64,000 bases of DNA, from assembly GCA_043819135.1 (NCBI GenBank), contig JBDRFG010000033.1, positions 741 to 64,740 on the forward strand. The letters run 5' to 3'. A program made the position numbers and the translations under genes. Positions 17,041-26,733 of the stretch are shown here, piece by piece. This stretch comes from Candidatus Eiseniibacteriota bacterium. GTDB taxonomy: Bacteria; Joyebacterota; Joyebacteria; Joyebacterales; Joyebacteraceae. The notes beneath the pieces were generated by a model. It saw nothing but the letters and a program-made list of their open reading frames with translations, was not told the origin of the DNA and made no database searches. Positions within the stretch are counted from its first letter, which is position 1, and every line of letters starts with the position of its first letter.

Positions 17041-18870
17041 ATGAGGAAGTTCGCGACGTTCTTCACTCTGACCGCCGTGGTGGCCGCGTTGGCCGCCGGT
17101 TGCTCGTCGGTCGAGGACAAGCCGGCCATCAGGCTGACGGACAACGAGGGCATCGTCGAGCCCCGCGAGGTCTCCGTCGCCTACGTCAACGAACGACTGG
17201 ACAGGGTCCCCGCCGAGATGATCCCGGACGTCCCCGGAGACGAGGGGAAGCGCCAGTTCATGGACGAGATCATCCGCAAGGAGCTTGTCGTCATCTACGG
17301 CATAAGGCTGGGCATCCTGGACGACGACAGGCTCCCTGGCGCTCTTAAACACTTCGCGGATTCCAGGGCCGAGGAGATGCTCCGGAATGAACTCATCATC
17401 GATCCGGCGCAGGTTACCCCGGCGGACGTCGAGGACTACTACGAGGTCCGTGACGACCTGTTCCAGCTTGCGGAAATCGTCACGATGGACGAGGACGTGG
17501 CCAGGGACGCCTACCGTCGCGTGACCGAGGGCGGAGAGGACTTTGGGAAAGTTGCCGCCGAGGTCTCCACGCGCGGCACGTCGTCGGACGAGGGCCGCAT
17601 GCCGGTGACAGCCTGGACCGTATTCCACCCGCTGACCCGCGTGGAGATTCGCTATCTCAACAAGGACGATATCACTCCGGTACACAAGATCGGCGCCACC
17701 TACTTCATCTACAAGGTCATGTCCCGGAAGGACGCGCCTGGCCTGCAGCCCCTCGAGGGAAGCCACCTCAACGGCGTCACCGCCGAGGCGCGCAACTTCA
17801 ACAGGGACATGCTCGAGTACTACCTCTTCACGGAATGGGAGCAGGCGGCGAACATCACCTTCATGGACGAAGCGATAGACATTTGCGGCACTAAGATCGA
17901 TCAGATCGTGTTCGAGCTATACGCCGGGGCAGAGGCGGCCACGAGAGACGAGCGCATGGATCGCGCCCGCGCCTCCATCATACCCGAGTTCACTGACGAA
18001 GAGGCGGAGATGGTGCTTGTCACCTACAACATCTTCGGCGACGAGAGGGTTGTGACCCTTGGGGATTTCGCAACAATGAGCGCGGAGGTGCCGGGGATCG
18101 AGACGGTCAAGACAGGCGACCGCACGGGCATCGCGACGCTCATCAGGCGAAATGTCCAGCGCGAGAGCATCGAGGCGAAGATCCAGGAGAAGGGCTACCG
18201 CGACAGCCAGGAGATGAAGGACCATCTTGAGCAGCGAACTGAAGAGTTCGTCATCGACATCACGTACGACCAGGAGGTCATGCAGAAGGTCGACGAGCCG
18301 TTGGGCCAGGAGATTCGCGATTACTACAGGTCGAATCTCGATAGCTTCGTCAAGACCGCGGCCGTGGACGTCCAGCAGCTGATCGTCTCGACCGAGGAGC
18401 AGGCCAACAGCATCCTCCAGCGCGTGCGCGCCGGCGAAGCGACGTTTGTCAGCATGGTGCAGACGCACTCGATCGACGAATGGAGCAAGGCGAAGGACGG
18501 CGTGATACCGAAGTATTATCAGGGCGAGAAGCGCCTCGACTATCTGCAGGGCGTGGCGTTTGACTTGGGGATAGGCGAGATCAGCGAGCCGGTTCGGGCT
18601 CCAGGCGGATACGCGCTCGTGAAGGTGCTCGCGCAGTATCCGTCTCGCCAGATGAGCTTCGACGAAGTTGCAGGTGTCGTGAAGCAGACGGTCATAGCGA
18701 CGAAGAGGGAAGCTCTTCTGAACGCGATGCTCGAGGACGCGCGCAACACCGTTACCGTTGAGTTCGTTGAGGAGAACTTCCAGTACATCAAGGACCCGGC
18801 GGAGGTCCTGAAGGAGAAGGCGAGCGGCGGAACGACCAGCGGCCAGCCGGTCAGCATCAAGTTGAACTAG
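17041..18870 (+). CDS. PpiD/SurA-like periplasmic chaperone lipoprotein with parvulin PPIase domain
   Basis: ATG 17041 follows AAAGGAGA (the track begins at TTG 17038). Lipobox LAAGC. The C-terminal parvulin-like domain is somewhat degenerate. Confidence 0.75.
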   Translation: MRKFATFFTLTAVVAALAAGCSSVEDKPAIRLTDNEGIVEPREVSVAYVNERLDRVPAEMIPDVPGDEGKRQFMDEIIRKELVVIYGIRLGILDDDRLPGALKHFADSRAEEMLRNELIIDPAQVTPADVEDYYEVRDDLFQLAEIVTMDEDVARDAYRRVTEGGEDFGKVAAEVSTRGTSSDEGRMPVTAWTVFHPLTRVEIRYLNKDDITPVHKIGATYFIYKVMSRKDAPGLQPLEGSHLNGVTAEARNFNRDMLEYYLFTEWEQAANITFMDEAIDICGTKIDQIVFELYAGAEAATRDERMDRARASIIPEFTDEEAEMVLVTYNIFGDERVVTLGDFATMSAEVPGIETVKTGDRTGIATLIRRNVQRESIEAKIQEKGYRDSQEMKDHLEQRTEEFVIDITYDQEVMQKVDEPLGQEIRDYYRSNLDSFVKTAAVDVQQLIVSTEEQANSILQRVRAGEATFVSMVQTHSIDEWSKAKDGVIPKYYQGEKRLDYLQGVAFDLGIGEISEPVRAPGGYALVKVLAQYPSRQMSFDEVAGVVKQTVIATKREALLNAMLEDARNTVTVEFVEENFQYIKDPAEVLKEKASGGTTSGQPVSIKLN

Positions 18871-18916
18871 GCGGACCCCTCGGGCGGTCGGCCTCCGTTC
18901 GGGTCGACGGCTCACC

Positions 18917-19840
18917 GTGGGGATCGACGGGTCGAGGTGTCAGGTGAGACTAGCCGCTCCGTTTGCAGCGCTGTGCGTCGTCGCGGGCCTCGCGGCCGGT
19001 TGTGGCCGTGCCGACACGTCCGAGGCGATAGCGAGAGTCGATGGCTCGGTGTTGTCGGCTGACGAGTTTTACGCGTCCGTCCCCGAGCAGCTACTTGCGG
19101 TAATGAGCCTCGATGACCAGGAAGAGACGCTGAAGACTTGGGTCAAGACGGAGCTCTTCTACAGAGAGGGGCTCCGTCGTGGTTTTGGCGACGACGAGGA
19201 CCTCCGTCGTCGGCTCAAGGAGATCGAGCGCGAGCTGGTTGCCGAGGAGTGTATTCGCGGCTTCGTCGAAGACATCCCCGATGTGACCGAGGACGAGGCC
19301 AGGGATTACTTCCAGGAGCACAGGTCCGACTACTCCATCCAGGTGCGTCTGGCGCACATTCTCGTGCGAAGCAGACCGGAGGCCGAGCGCGCTCTGGCGG
19401 AGATCCGCTCGGGGACGCCGTTCGAGAACGTCGCGGCCGGCTCGTCGGTCGATCAGACGGCGTCGCAGGGCGGAGATCTGGGCTACATGAGACGCGGCGA
19501 GATGGTTCACGAACTCGAGGAGGTCGCGTTCGAACTGAAGGTCGGAGAGATGGGAGACGTCATAGCGAGCAGCTACGGGTACCACATCATCAAGGTGCTC
19601 GACCGTCACCCCGGAGCCGGGCAGCCGTCGTTCGATTCGAAGCAGGCCGCCGTGATGAACTTCCTCACCTCACAACGACGGCGAATGGCGTTCGACGACT
19701 GGCTCGCCGACCTGGAAGAGCGCGCCACAGTTATTATCGACACCGCGCTTCTTCGGCAGGAAGCGCGCGAACGAATGAGAGATGACACCGACGCCTACGA
19801 GGAAGCAGCGAGCGAGACGACCGGCGTTGTGACCCCCTAG
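18917..19840 (+). CDS. parvulin-type peptidyl-prolyl isomerase lipoprotein (PrsA-like)
   Basis: Lipobox LAAGC. PPIC domain (VRLAHILV...GGDLGYMRRGEMVHELEEVAF...SSYGYHIIKVLD). The start is uncertain: GTG 18917 or in-frame GTG 18944. Confidence 0.8.
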   Translation: MGIDGSRCQVRLAAPFAALCVVAGLAAGCGRADTSEAIARVDGSVLSADEFYASVPEQLLAVMSLDDQEETLKTWVKTELFYREGLRRGFGDDEDLRRRLKEIERELVAEECIRGFVEDIPDVTEDEARDYFQEHRSDYSIQVRLAHILVRSRPEAERALAEIRSGTPFENVAAGSSVDQTASQGGDLGYMRRGEMVHELEEVAFELKVGEMGDVIASSYGYHIIKVLDRHPGAGQPSFDSKQAAVMNFLTSQRRRMAFDDWLADLEERATVIIDTALLRQEARERMRDDTDAYEEAASETTGVVTP

Positions 19841-19859
19841 GAGAAGATGGAGACAAGGG

Positions 19860-21218
19860 ATGGCTTTGACCAGCAAGACAAACGCTTGGACCGTTGTCGC
19901 AACGATGCTCCTTTTGTCCGCGTTTACCTCGGTTGCGCGCGCGCAGGACGGCGCTGCGCCGACCGGAGGCGAGACCACAAGACGGCTCGTCGATGGCATA
20001 GCCGGGGTCGTAGGCGACGAGATCATCCTTGAGAGCGAGATCGACGAGGAGTTCTACATCTACCAGATGCGCTCCGGATCGTCGGACATGTCCCAGGACG
20101 AGATGGTCCGAGTGAGATCGGGTATCGTCCGCGAGATGATCGACGAAATGCTGCTCGTCGCGATGGCGCACAGAGACACCTTGCGGCTGCGGCCAGGCGA
20201 GCTCGAGACGGAGATAGAGACCCGCGTGGGCGAGCTCTTGGAACGACACGGCTCGGAAGAGGCTTTGGACGCCGCCCTCGCTGAAGAGGATCTGACGCTC
20301 TCCGGACTCAAGGATATCTACAGCGACGAGATCGAAAGGCGACTTCTTGCGGAGAAGGTAGTGCGAAGCGAGGTGCACGGGAAGATAGACGTCACCTGGG
20401 GTGAGGTCGAGAAGTACTACGCGGAACACGCCGAGGAGGTCGGGCAGACCCCGGAGGCCTTTCTTGTAGCGGGGATCATGGTGACCCCCAAGGTCACCGA
20501 GAGCGCCAAGCAGGCAGCCATCGACCGCATGGCGGAAGCCGCGGAGCGTCTCGCGACCGGAGAGTCATTTGAAGACCTGGCGCGGGAGTACTCCGACGAC
20601 GCCAGCGGCGCCACCGGGGGCAACCTCGGCAGGTTCGGTCGTGGCGTGATGGTCCCGGAGTTCGAGGACGCCGTGTTCGCCATGGAAGAGGGCGAGGTGA
20701 GCGGGATCATTCCGACGCGGTTCGGTTTCCACATCGTCGAGGTGCTGGAGGCGACTGGCACCGAGGTGCGGGCCCGTCACATCCTGGCGAGAATCGCACC
20801 GGGCCCGGAGGACGAACTCAGGGCCAGGGCCACCGCAGAAAGCCTCCGGCAGCGTGTGCTGGGGGGCGAGGATTTCGCGGAACTCGCACGTAAGCGCTCC
20901 GACGACCACGCGACCCGTGAGAAAGACGGGGAACTCGGATGGTTCACGCGCGAGAACCTCGCACCGTCCTTCAAGGAGGTCATTACAGGGCTTTCCCAGG
21001 GCGAGGTGGCCGAAGTCACGGCCGGGGAGAGCGGCTTCTACGTGCTCAAACTTCTGGAGCACAATGAGTCCCGGACGGCGACGCTGGACGAGGTGCGTGA
21101 GAACCTCAAGGACTACATCTTCGCGCGGAAGGCCGAGAAGGCGTACACTGAACTCATCGACCGGCTATCCAGCGAGATATTTGTCGATATTCGGACCGGC
21201 ATGGTGCCGGAGGAATGA
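19860..21218 (+). CDS. surA: SurA-like chaperone with two parvulin domains
   Basis: Signal peptide (...SAFTSVARAQDG). SurA N-terminal-type domain followed by two PPIC domains (GGNLGRFGRGVMVPEFEDAVF...; DGELGWFTRENLAPSFKEVI...). The conserved surA-pdxA neighbourhood supports the call. Confidence 0.8.
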   Translation: MALTSKTNAWTVVATMLLLSAFTSVARAQDGAAPTGGETTRRLVDGIAGVVGDEIILESEIDEEFYIYQMRSGSSDMSQDEMVRVRSGIVREMIDEMLLVAMAHRDTLRLRPGELETEIETRVGELLERHGSEEALDAALAEEDLTLSGLKDIYSDEIERRLLAEKVVRSEVHGKIDVTWGEVEKYYAEHAEEVGQTPEAFLVAGIMVTPKVTESAKQAAIDRMAEAAERLATGESFEDLAREYSDDASGATGGNLGRFGRGVMVPEFEDAVFAMEEGEVSGIIPTRFGFHIVEVLEATGTEVRARHILARIAPGPEDELRARATAESLRQRVLGGEDFAELARKRSDDHATREKDGELGWFTRENLAPSFKEVITGLSQGEVAEVTAGESGFYVLKLLEHNESRTATLDEVRENLKDYIFARKAEKAYTELIDRLSSEIFVDIRTGMVPEE

Positions 21219-21481
21219 GACTGGATCGCTTCCTCAAGCTGTCCAGGCTGATCAAGCAGCGCAGCGTCGCGAAGTGGGCCTGCGACGCCGGGAGGGTCTC
21301 GATTCTCGGGAGGAAGGCCAAAGCGGGAACGGTGATCAAGGTGGGCGACGAACTCACGATCAGCCTCCGAGATCGAACTCTGCGCGTGAGCGTGCTCGAG
21401 GTTCCCTCGGGTAACGTCAGCAAAGAGAAGGCCCGCGCTCTTTGCGAGATTATCGAGGATCTGCATGCGTCGGACTCCTAG
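21215..21481 (+). CDS. S4-domain RNA-binding protein
   Basis: 88 aa. ATGA overlap with the surA stop. S4 motif MRLDRFLKLSRLIKQRSVAKWACDAGRVSILGRKAKAG. Confidence 0.75.
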   Translation: MRLDRFLKLSRLIKQRSVAKWACDAGRVSILGRKAKAGTVIKVGDELTISLRDRTLRVSVLEVPSGNVSKEKARALCEIIEDLHASDS

Positions 21482-22571
21482 GGGCCAGCCACGGCTGGCC
21501 CTCTCAGTTTCAGATGCGCACGACGGGAGTGGCGGCGACTCCGGCCCGGTGGGCTCCGGAAGCGCTTCCGCCCCGGGCGGCGCCGGCGGGCCGGACCGTC
21601 GGCCGAGACTGGTGCTCACGATGGGCGACCCCGCCGGCGTAGGGCCCGAGGTGGCGCTTCGGGTCCTCGCGGATGCCTCGGTCGCACCGGACTGCGACCT
21701 TTCCATCGCCGGCGACCCCGCGGCTCTTGAGGAATGGGCCGGGCGGCTCTCCCTTCCACTCGCACGCGACGTGGTGGACGTCGGGATTCCCTCGGGGAAC
21801 GTCGTGCCCGGACGCCCGACCGACACCGGGGCGCGCTCCGCACTCGCGTCCATAGAGACGGCGGCACGGCTCTGCATGTGCGGTGAGGCGGACGCGATTG
21901 TGACCGCACCTGTGTCGAAGGCCGCGATAGCCGCAACCGGCACGGACTTCTCCGGACACACGGAGTTTCTTGCGAAGTTGACGGGAGCCGTCGGTTTCGT
22001 GATGACCTTCGTGCACGGCGCGAGCCGCGTGGCCCTCGCCACGACTCATCTTCCGCTGGCGGAGGTGCCCGCGACCCTCACGCCCGACCTTCTTCTGCAG
22101 AAGCTCGAGATACTCTCGGACGGTCTCGAGTCGTGGCTGGGTGTGCGTTCTCCGAAGATCGCGGTGACGGCCCTCAATCCGCACGCCGGAGAGGCCGGGA
22201 GATTCGGAGATGAGGAGGAGCGCATCATCGCGCCGGCGATAGCGCGAGCGCGGGAGGCCGGCATCGACGCCACCGGACCACATTCGGCAGACTCAATCTT
22301 CGTCGGCCACGGCGACCGCGGCGCCAGCGGGCCCGGGTCGGTCTATGACGCCATCCTGGCGATGTATCACGACCAGGGTACGATCGCCGCGAAACTGATG
22401 GGGTTCGGTCACTGTGTCAATCTGACCCTGGGTCTCCCGATAGTCCGCACCTCCGCGGACCACGGGACGGCCTTCGAGATCGCCGGACGAGGGTTGGCCA
22501 ACCACGAGAGTATGGCGGCCGCGGCGCGTCTGGCGGCGGCCGTCGCCAGACGGCGGAGTGAATCGCCTTGA
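21465..22571 (+). CDS. pdxA: 4-hydroxythreonine-4-phosphate dehydrogenase
   Basis: PdxA motifs are present (TMGDPAGVGPEV, SGHTEFLA, ALNPHAGE, YHDQG, SADHGTAF). ATG 21465 has GAGGA upstream but adds a ~45-aa Gly/Ser/Pro-rich extension. In-frame GTG 21549 and GTG 21612 are alternative starts. Confidence 0.85.
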   Translation: MRRTPRGQPRLALSVSDAHDGSGGDSGPVGSGSASAPGGAGGPDRRPRLVLTMGDPAGVGPEVALRVLADASVAPDCDLSIAGDPAALEEWAGRLSLPLARDVVDVGIPSGNVVPGRPTDTGARSALASIETAARLCMCGEADAIVTAPVSKAAIAATGTDFSGHTEFLAKLTGAVGFVMTFVHGASRVALATTHLPLAEVPATLTPDLLLQKLEILSDGLESWLGVRSPKIAVTALNPHAGEAGRFGDEEERIIAPAIARAREAGIDATGPHSADSIFVGHGDRGASGPGSVYDAILAMYHDQGTIAAKLMGFGHCVNLTLGLPIVRTSADHGTAFEIAGRGLANHESMAAAARLAAAVARRRSESP

Positions 22572-22597
22572 CGGTCACTCCGGAGGACGGATAGAAT
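22568..22597 (+). promoter_or_regulatory. candidate sigma-70 promoter for holB operon
   Basis: TTGACG-N18-TAGAAT overlapping the pdxA stop codon. It leaves a leader of about 135 nt. Confidence 0.45.
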
Positions 22598-22738
22598 CGT
22601 AAGTTAGCTTCGGGCGGGCAGTTCGGCCTCGCGCCGGTCCCTCGGGGCTTTCGGCGGATCGGGTCAGGTGGTCCGGGTGGGCTACCGGACGGAGCGTCGC
22701 GTTCATGGCTCTCCGGTGGAGCACCTTCTGGGGGAACG

Positions 22739-23869
22739 ATGGGCCTTGAGCGGATCAAAGGGCAGGACCGGGCCATCGGCCTCTTGAGGGCGGCGTTCGA
22801 GTCAGAGCGGCTCTCGCATGCCTATCTGTTCCAGGGTCCCGACGGTGTGGGGAAGGAGACCGCCGCTCTCGCCTTCGCCCAGGCGCTCAACTGCGAGGAG
22901 GAGGCGCTCTCCGGGTGCGGGAAGTGCGCGGGATGCAAGATGGCCGCGCGGCTTTCTCACCCCGACATCCATCTGATCTTCCCGATGCCGACCACGCTCA
23001 AGCCCGCCGAGAAGAGCGAGCTCATCGCAAGCTACGTGAGAGACGGCTACCGCGAGCAGGATTTCGGGCGGAAGAGCGCCATTGTCTCCGTGGAGACCAT
23101 CCTCTCGGACGTGGTGGTGAAGGTCAACCAGCGTCCCTACATCGGTCCGTGGAAAGCGTTCGTCGTGGCGGACGCGGACATGATGACAACCGAGGCGGCC
23201 AACACGCTCCTCAAGACGTTGGAGGAGCCCCCGGCCAAGACCGTCATCATCCTGACGACCTCGAGACCGAACGCGCTGCCGGCAACGGTAGTCTCACGCT
23301 GCCAGAAGATACCGTTCGCGAGCCTTCCGAGAGACACGGTGGAAGAGGTGCTCCTGGCGGACCCGAGGCTTGGGTTCGACGCGAAGCGGGCGTCGGCGGC
23401 CGCTTCGCTCGCGCAGGGCAGCGTCGGCAGGGCGCTCCGGACGGACAAAGAGGGTCCGACGGTAGATCTCAAGCACGTCGCCGACTTGATGGTGGGCAAA
23501 CGCACGAAGGACGTCGCGTCGCTCGTCAACGAGGCGACCGCCCTCGCCTTCCGTCTGGGCAGAACGGAGCAGCAGCGTCTTCTGGACCTGATGCTCCTGT
23601 GGTATCGAGACGTGCTGAAACTCTCGGAGATGGGCGGGGAAGCGGCCAAGCCGCACCTGCTCTACTCCCAGCACCTGAGGGAACTGACCAGGCAGGCGGA
23701 CACGATGGACGTTGCGGCCGTGGGGCGCCTGGTGGACAAAATAGACGACGCGCGACGAGCCATAGAACGCTACTCCAACCCGACAATCGTTTTCACGTCG
23801 GTCCTTCTGGACATGGCGATCGCACGCAAAGCGACTGTAACGAAAAGAGGTGCAGGTCATGCAGCCTGA
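22739..23869 (+). CDS. holB: DNA polymerase III delta-prime subunit
   Basis: AAA+ clamp-loader pattern (SHAYLFQGPDGVGKETAALAFAQAL), Zn module (CGKCAGCK), and a degenerate SRC-type region (TVVSRCQK). Confidence 0.85.
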   Translation: MGLERIKGQDRAIGLLRAAFESERLSHAYLFQGPDGVGKETAALAFAQALNCEEEALSGCGKCAGCKMAARLSHPDIHLIFPMPTTLKPAEKSELIASYVRDGYREQDFGRKSAIVSVETILSDVVVKVNQRPYIGPWKAFVVADADMMTTEAANTLLKTLEEPPAKTVIILTTSRPNALPATVVSRCQKIPFASLPRDTVEEVLLADPRLGFDAKRASAAASLAQGSVGRALRTDKEGPTVDLKHVADLMVGKRTKDVASLVNEATALAFRLGRTEQQRLLDLMLLWYRDVLKLSEMGGEAAKPHLLYSQHLRELTRQADTMDVAAVGRLVDKIDDARRAIERYSNPTIVFTSVLLDMAIARKATVTKRGAGHAA

Positions 23870-24818
23870 GGGGCTAGTGGGCAAGACGCCCGACTCCTTC
23901 GAGATGGAGTTCAAGGGGGGCAGAAAGGCGCTCTTTGCGAACCCCAGGAACATCCCCTTCCGAATCGGCGACTTCGCGATCGTGGACGTCGAGCGCGGTC
24001 ACGACATCGGGAGGATAGTCCGCGAGGGCAGCGAGGTGGGCCAGAAGGTCAGGTCGGGGGGTATCCAGGGACCCATCCTCCGCCGGGCCACCGACAAGGA
24101 CATCGCCACCATGCTGTCTCTGCGCGAGAGGGAGACCGAGGCGCACAGAACCTGCCAGCAGTGCATCGCCAAGCAGGGGCTGCCGATGAAGCTGGTCGAC
24201 GTCGAGTGGCAGTTCGATTCGAACAAGATCCGTTTCTACTTCACGTCCGATCGCAGAGTCGATTTCAGGAAGCTCGTGCGCGACCTGGCGAGCATCTTCA
24301 AGTCGCGGATCGAGATGCGCCAGATCGGCGTTCGCGACGAGGCCCGCAGGCTTGGAGGTTACGGGCGATGCGGGCGCTACTACTGCTGCAGGGGCGTCAT
24401 CAGCGACTTCGACCCCGTGACACTCAAGATGGCCAAGGAGCAGCATCTGGCGCCCGGGTCTCCGAAGATCTCTGGTGGCTGCGGACGGCTGATGTGCTGT
24501 CTCAGGTACGAGAGGGACTTCTACAAGCAAGCCGGCAGGGAATACCCGAAGATGGGGACCAGGATAGAGATGGGCGAGGGCAGGGGTAAGGGCAAGGTCG
24601 TCGCGGTCGACATCTTCCAGGGGCGCGTGACCCTCTCCGACAAGGAGGGGGCGACAACGACAGTGACGCTCGAGGATTTCAAGAAGGGCCGCATCACCGA
24701 CGTCGGGAGCGGGGAGTCCGACTCCGTGCTTGACGACTACTGGAGAGACGCCGAGGGTGAGATGGGCCTGGACGAGCGCGAAGAGAACGACGACAAAGAG
24801 GAGAAGAATGCCGGGTAA
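23859..24818 (+). CDS. PSP1 domain protein (YaaT/RicT-like)
   Basis: ATG 23859 is 8 nt after AAGAGG (the track starts at GTG 23850). The PSP1 C-terminal domain has a Cys-rich segment (YGRCGRYYCCRG...GGCGRLMCCLRYE). The position after holB matches the Bacillus-type gene order. Confidence 0.8.
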   Translation: MQPEGLVGKTPDSFEMEFKGGRKALFANPRNIPFRIGDFAIVDVERGHDIGRIVREGSEVGQKVRSGGIQGPILRRATDKDIATMLSLRERETEAHRTCQQCIAKQGLPMKLVDVEWQFDSNKIRFYFTSDRRVDFRKLVRDLASIFKSRIEMRQIGVRDEARRLGGYGRCGRYYCCRGVISDFDPVTLKMAKEQHLAPGSPKISGGCGRLMCCLRYERDFYKQAGREYPKMGTRIEMGEGRGKGKVVAVDIFQGRVTLSDKEGATTTVTLEDFKKGRITDVGSGESDSVLDDYWRDAEGEMGLDEREENDDKEEKNAG

Positions 24819-26733
24819 GTACTACATCACCACGGCCATCGACTACGTCAACAGCCCGCCGCACATAGGGACGGCCTACGAGAAGATCTCCGCGGACGTC
24901 TTCGCGCGGTTCCGGAGGCTCCTGGGAGATGACGTCTACTTCCAGATGGGCTCGGACGAGCACAGCCTGAACGTACTCCGCTCGGCCAGGGCGAAGGGCA
25001 TAGACCCGCTCGCGTACTGCGACGAGATGGAGGCGGTGTTCCGCCGAGTGTGGGAGAAGCTCGAGATCGAGTTCGACCGGTTCATCCGGACGACCGAGCG
25101 TGACCACATCGTCGGACTGACGAGGCTCTTCGAAGCCATCAAAGACGACATCTATCAAGGACACTACGAGGGGTACTACTGCGAGTCCTGCGAGGCGTTC
25201 TTTCAGGAGAAGGACCTCGAGGGTGGCTGCTGCCCCACGCATGGGACAAAGCCCGCGTGGATCAAGGAGGAGAACTACTTCTTCCGCCTCTCGAGCTACG
25301 CCGACCGGCTCCTCGAGCACATTGAAACGCACCCGGAGTTCATCAAGCCGGAGTCTCGACGAAACGAGATCATCCAGCTGATAAGGGGTGGCCTTGAGGA
25401 TATCAGCGTCACTCGCGCGGGCACCGACTGGGGCGTTCCACTGCCGATGGACAGGTCGCAGGTCATCTACGTCTGGGTGGACGCCCTGACGAACTACGCG
25501 ACTGGCGCCGGCTACGGGTACGACGACGAGCGTTTCGAGAAGTGGTGGCCGGCCGACGTGCATCTGATCGGGAAGGACATCACGCGTTTTCACTGTGTGA
25601 TCTGGCCGGCGATGCTGATGAGCGCCGGCGTTCCCCTTCCGAAGACCATCTACGGACACGGTTTCGTCTACTTCAAGGGGCAGAAGCTGTCCAAGAGTCG
25701 CGGCATCGTCGTGGACCCGCTCGAAGCGGCCGACATGTTCGGCCCTTCGGCGCTTCGGTACTTTCTCATGCGTGAAGGAACATACGGGCGCGACGTGAAC
25801 TTCACGTGGGAGCAGTTCCGCTCGAGGTACGATTCGGAACTCGCGAACGATCTTGGCAACCTGGTGTCCAGGGCTACGGCGATGGTGGGGAAGTTCCTTG
25901 GAGGATTGGTCGAGCGTGCGGCCGTGGACGCCGCCGTTGCCGGCGACCTTCCGGAGCTTGCGAAGGCGACCCGCGCTGCCGTGGTCGACGCCATGGATGG
26001 CTTCGCGCCGCAGTCGGCGCTCGCGTCCATCTGGGAGCTGGTCAGGAGAGCTAACGCATACATAGAGGAAGAGAAGCCCTGGGTTCTGGCGAAGGAGAAT
26101 CCGGGGCGTGTGGGCAGCGTTCTCTTCACCGCGCTCGAGGCCATACGGCAGGTCGCCGTGCTCGCGTGGCCGGTCATTCCGAGCAAGAGCGAGGAGATCC
26201 TGGGGGCGCTCGGACTCACGCTGAGCCCCGGGGATGAGGCGCTCGACGACCTGCTGAGCTGGGGCGCAGGCTGGCCCGAACGAATAGCGATACACAAGCC
26301 GGCGGCGGTCTTCCCGAAGTACTCGGACGAAGACCTGTCGCAGACGTTCGGTATCTCGTCGGCAGACGGTGAGTCGACCGACGCGACCAACGGGGGGAGC
26401 GACAAGAAGATGTTGTCTTTCGACAGATTCAAGGAGCTGGACCTGAGGCTGGCGCGGATCACCGACGCCGCGAAGGTCGAGGGAGCTACCAAGCTCATCC
26501 GTATGACCGTCGATCTTGGTGACGGAGACCGGCGTCAGATGGTCGCGGGAATCGCGGAGGGTTACTCCGCGGAGGAGCTCAAGGGCAAGATTATCGTCGT
26601 CGTCGCGAACCTCGAGCCGGCGAAGATACGCGGCATCGAGTCGCAGGCCATGCTGCTCGCGGCCGTCGGGGACGGCGGCATCTCCCTCGTTGGTCCGGAC
26701 AAAGAGCTGCTTCCGGGAACCAGGGTCAGCTAG
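24808..26733 (+). CDS. metG: methionine--tRNA ligase
   Basis: Frame of track ORF 24730..26733. ATG 24808 gives MPGKYYITTAIDYVNSPPHIGTAYE (HIGH motif). KMSKS-type box (KLSKSRG). C-terminal EMAP/Trbp111-like tRNA-binding domain. Confidence 0.95.
   Translation: MPGKYYITTAIDYVNSPPHIGTAYEKISADVFARFRRLLGDDVYFQMGSDEHSLNVLRSARAKGIDPLAYCDEMEAVFRRVWEKLEIEFDRFIRTTERDHIVGLTRLFEAIKDDIYQGHYEGYYCESCEAFFQEKDLEGGCCPTHGTKPAWIKEENYFFRLSSYADRLLEHIETHPEFIKPESRRNEIIQLIRGGLEDISVTRAGTDWGVPLPMDRSQVIYVWVDALTNYATGAGYGYDDERFEKWWPADVHLIGKDITRFHCVIWPAMLMSAGVPLPKTIYGHGFVYFKGQKLSKSRGIVVDPLEAADMFGPSALRYFLMREGTYGRDVNFTWEQFRSRYDSELANDLGNLVSRATAMVGKFLGGLVERAAVDAAVAGDLPELAKATRAAVVDAMDGFAPQSALASIWELVRRANAYIEEEKPWVLAKENPGRVGSVLFTALEAIRQVAVLAWPVIPSKSEEILGALGLTLSPGDEALDDLLSWGAGWPERIAIHKPAAVFPKYSDEDLSQTFGISSADGESTDATNGGSDKKMLSFDRFKELDLRLARITDAAKVEGATKLIRMTVDLGDGDRRQMVAGIAEGYSAEELKGKIIVVVANLEPAKIRGIESQAMLLAAVGDGGISLVGPDKELLPGTRVS

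Noticed and set aside
22600-22738. Possible small RNA (SRP/4.5S-like GGUCAGGU...CCGG segment) in the ~135-nt holB leader
   Set aside because: The hallmark helix-8 sequence (GGAA tetraloop with AGCAGC on the 3' side) is absent. Only a generic GC hairpin (GUCCGG-N8-CCGGAC) is present. I treat it as an ordinary 5' leader.
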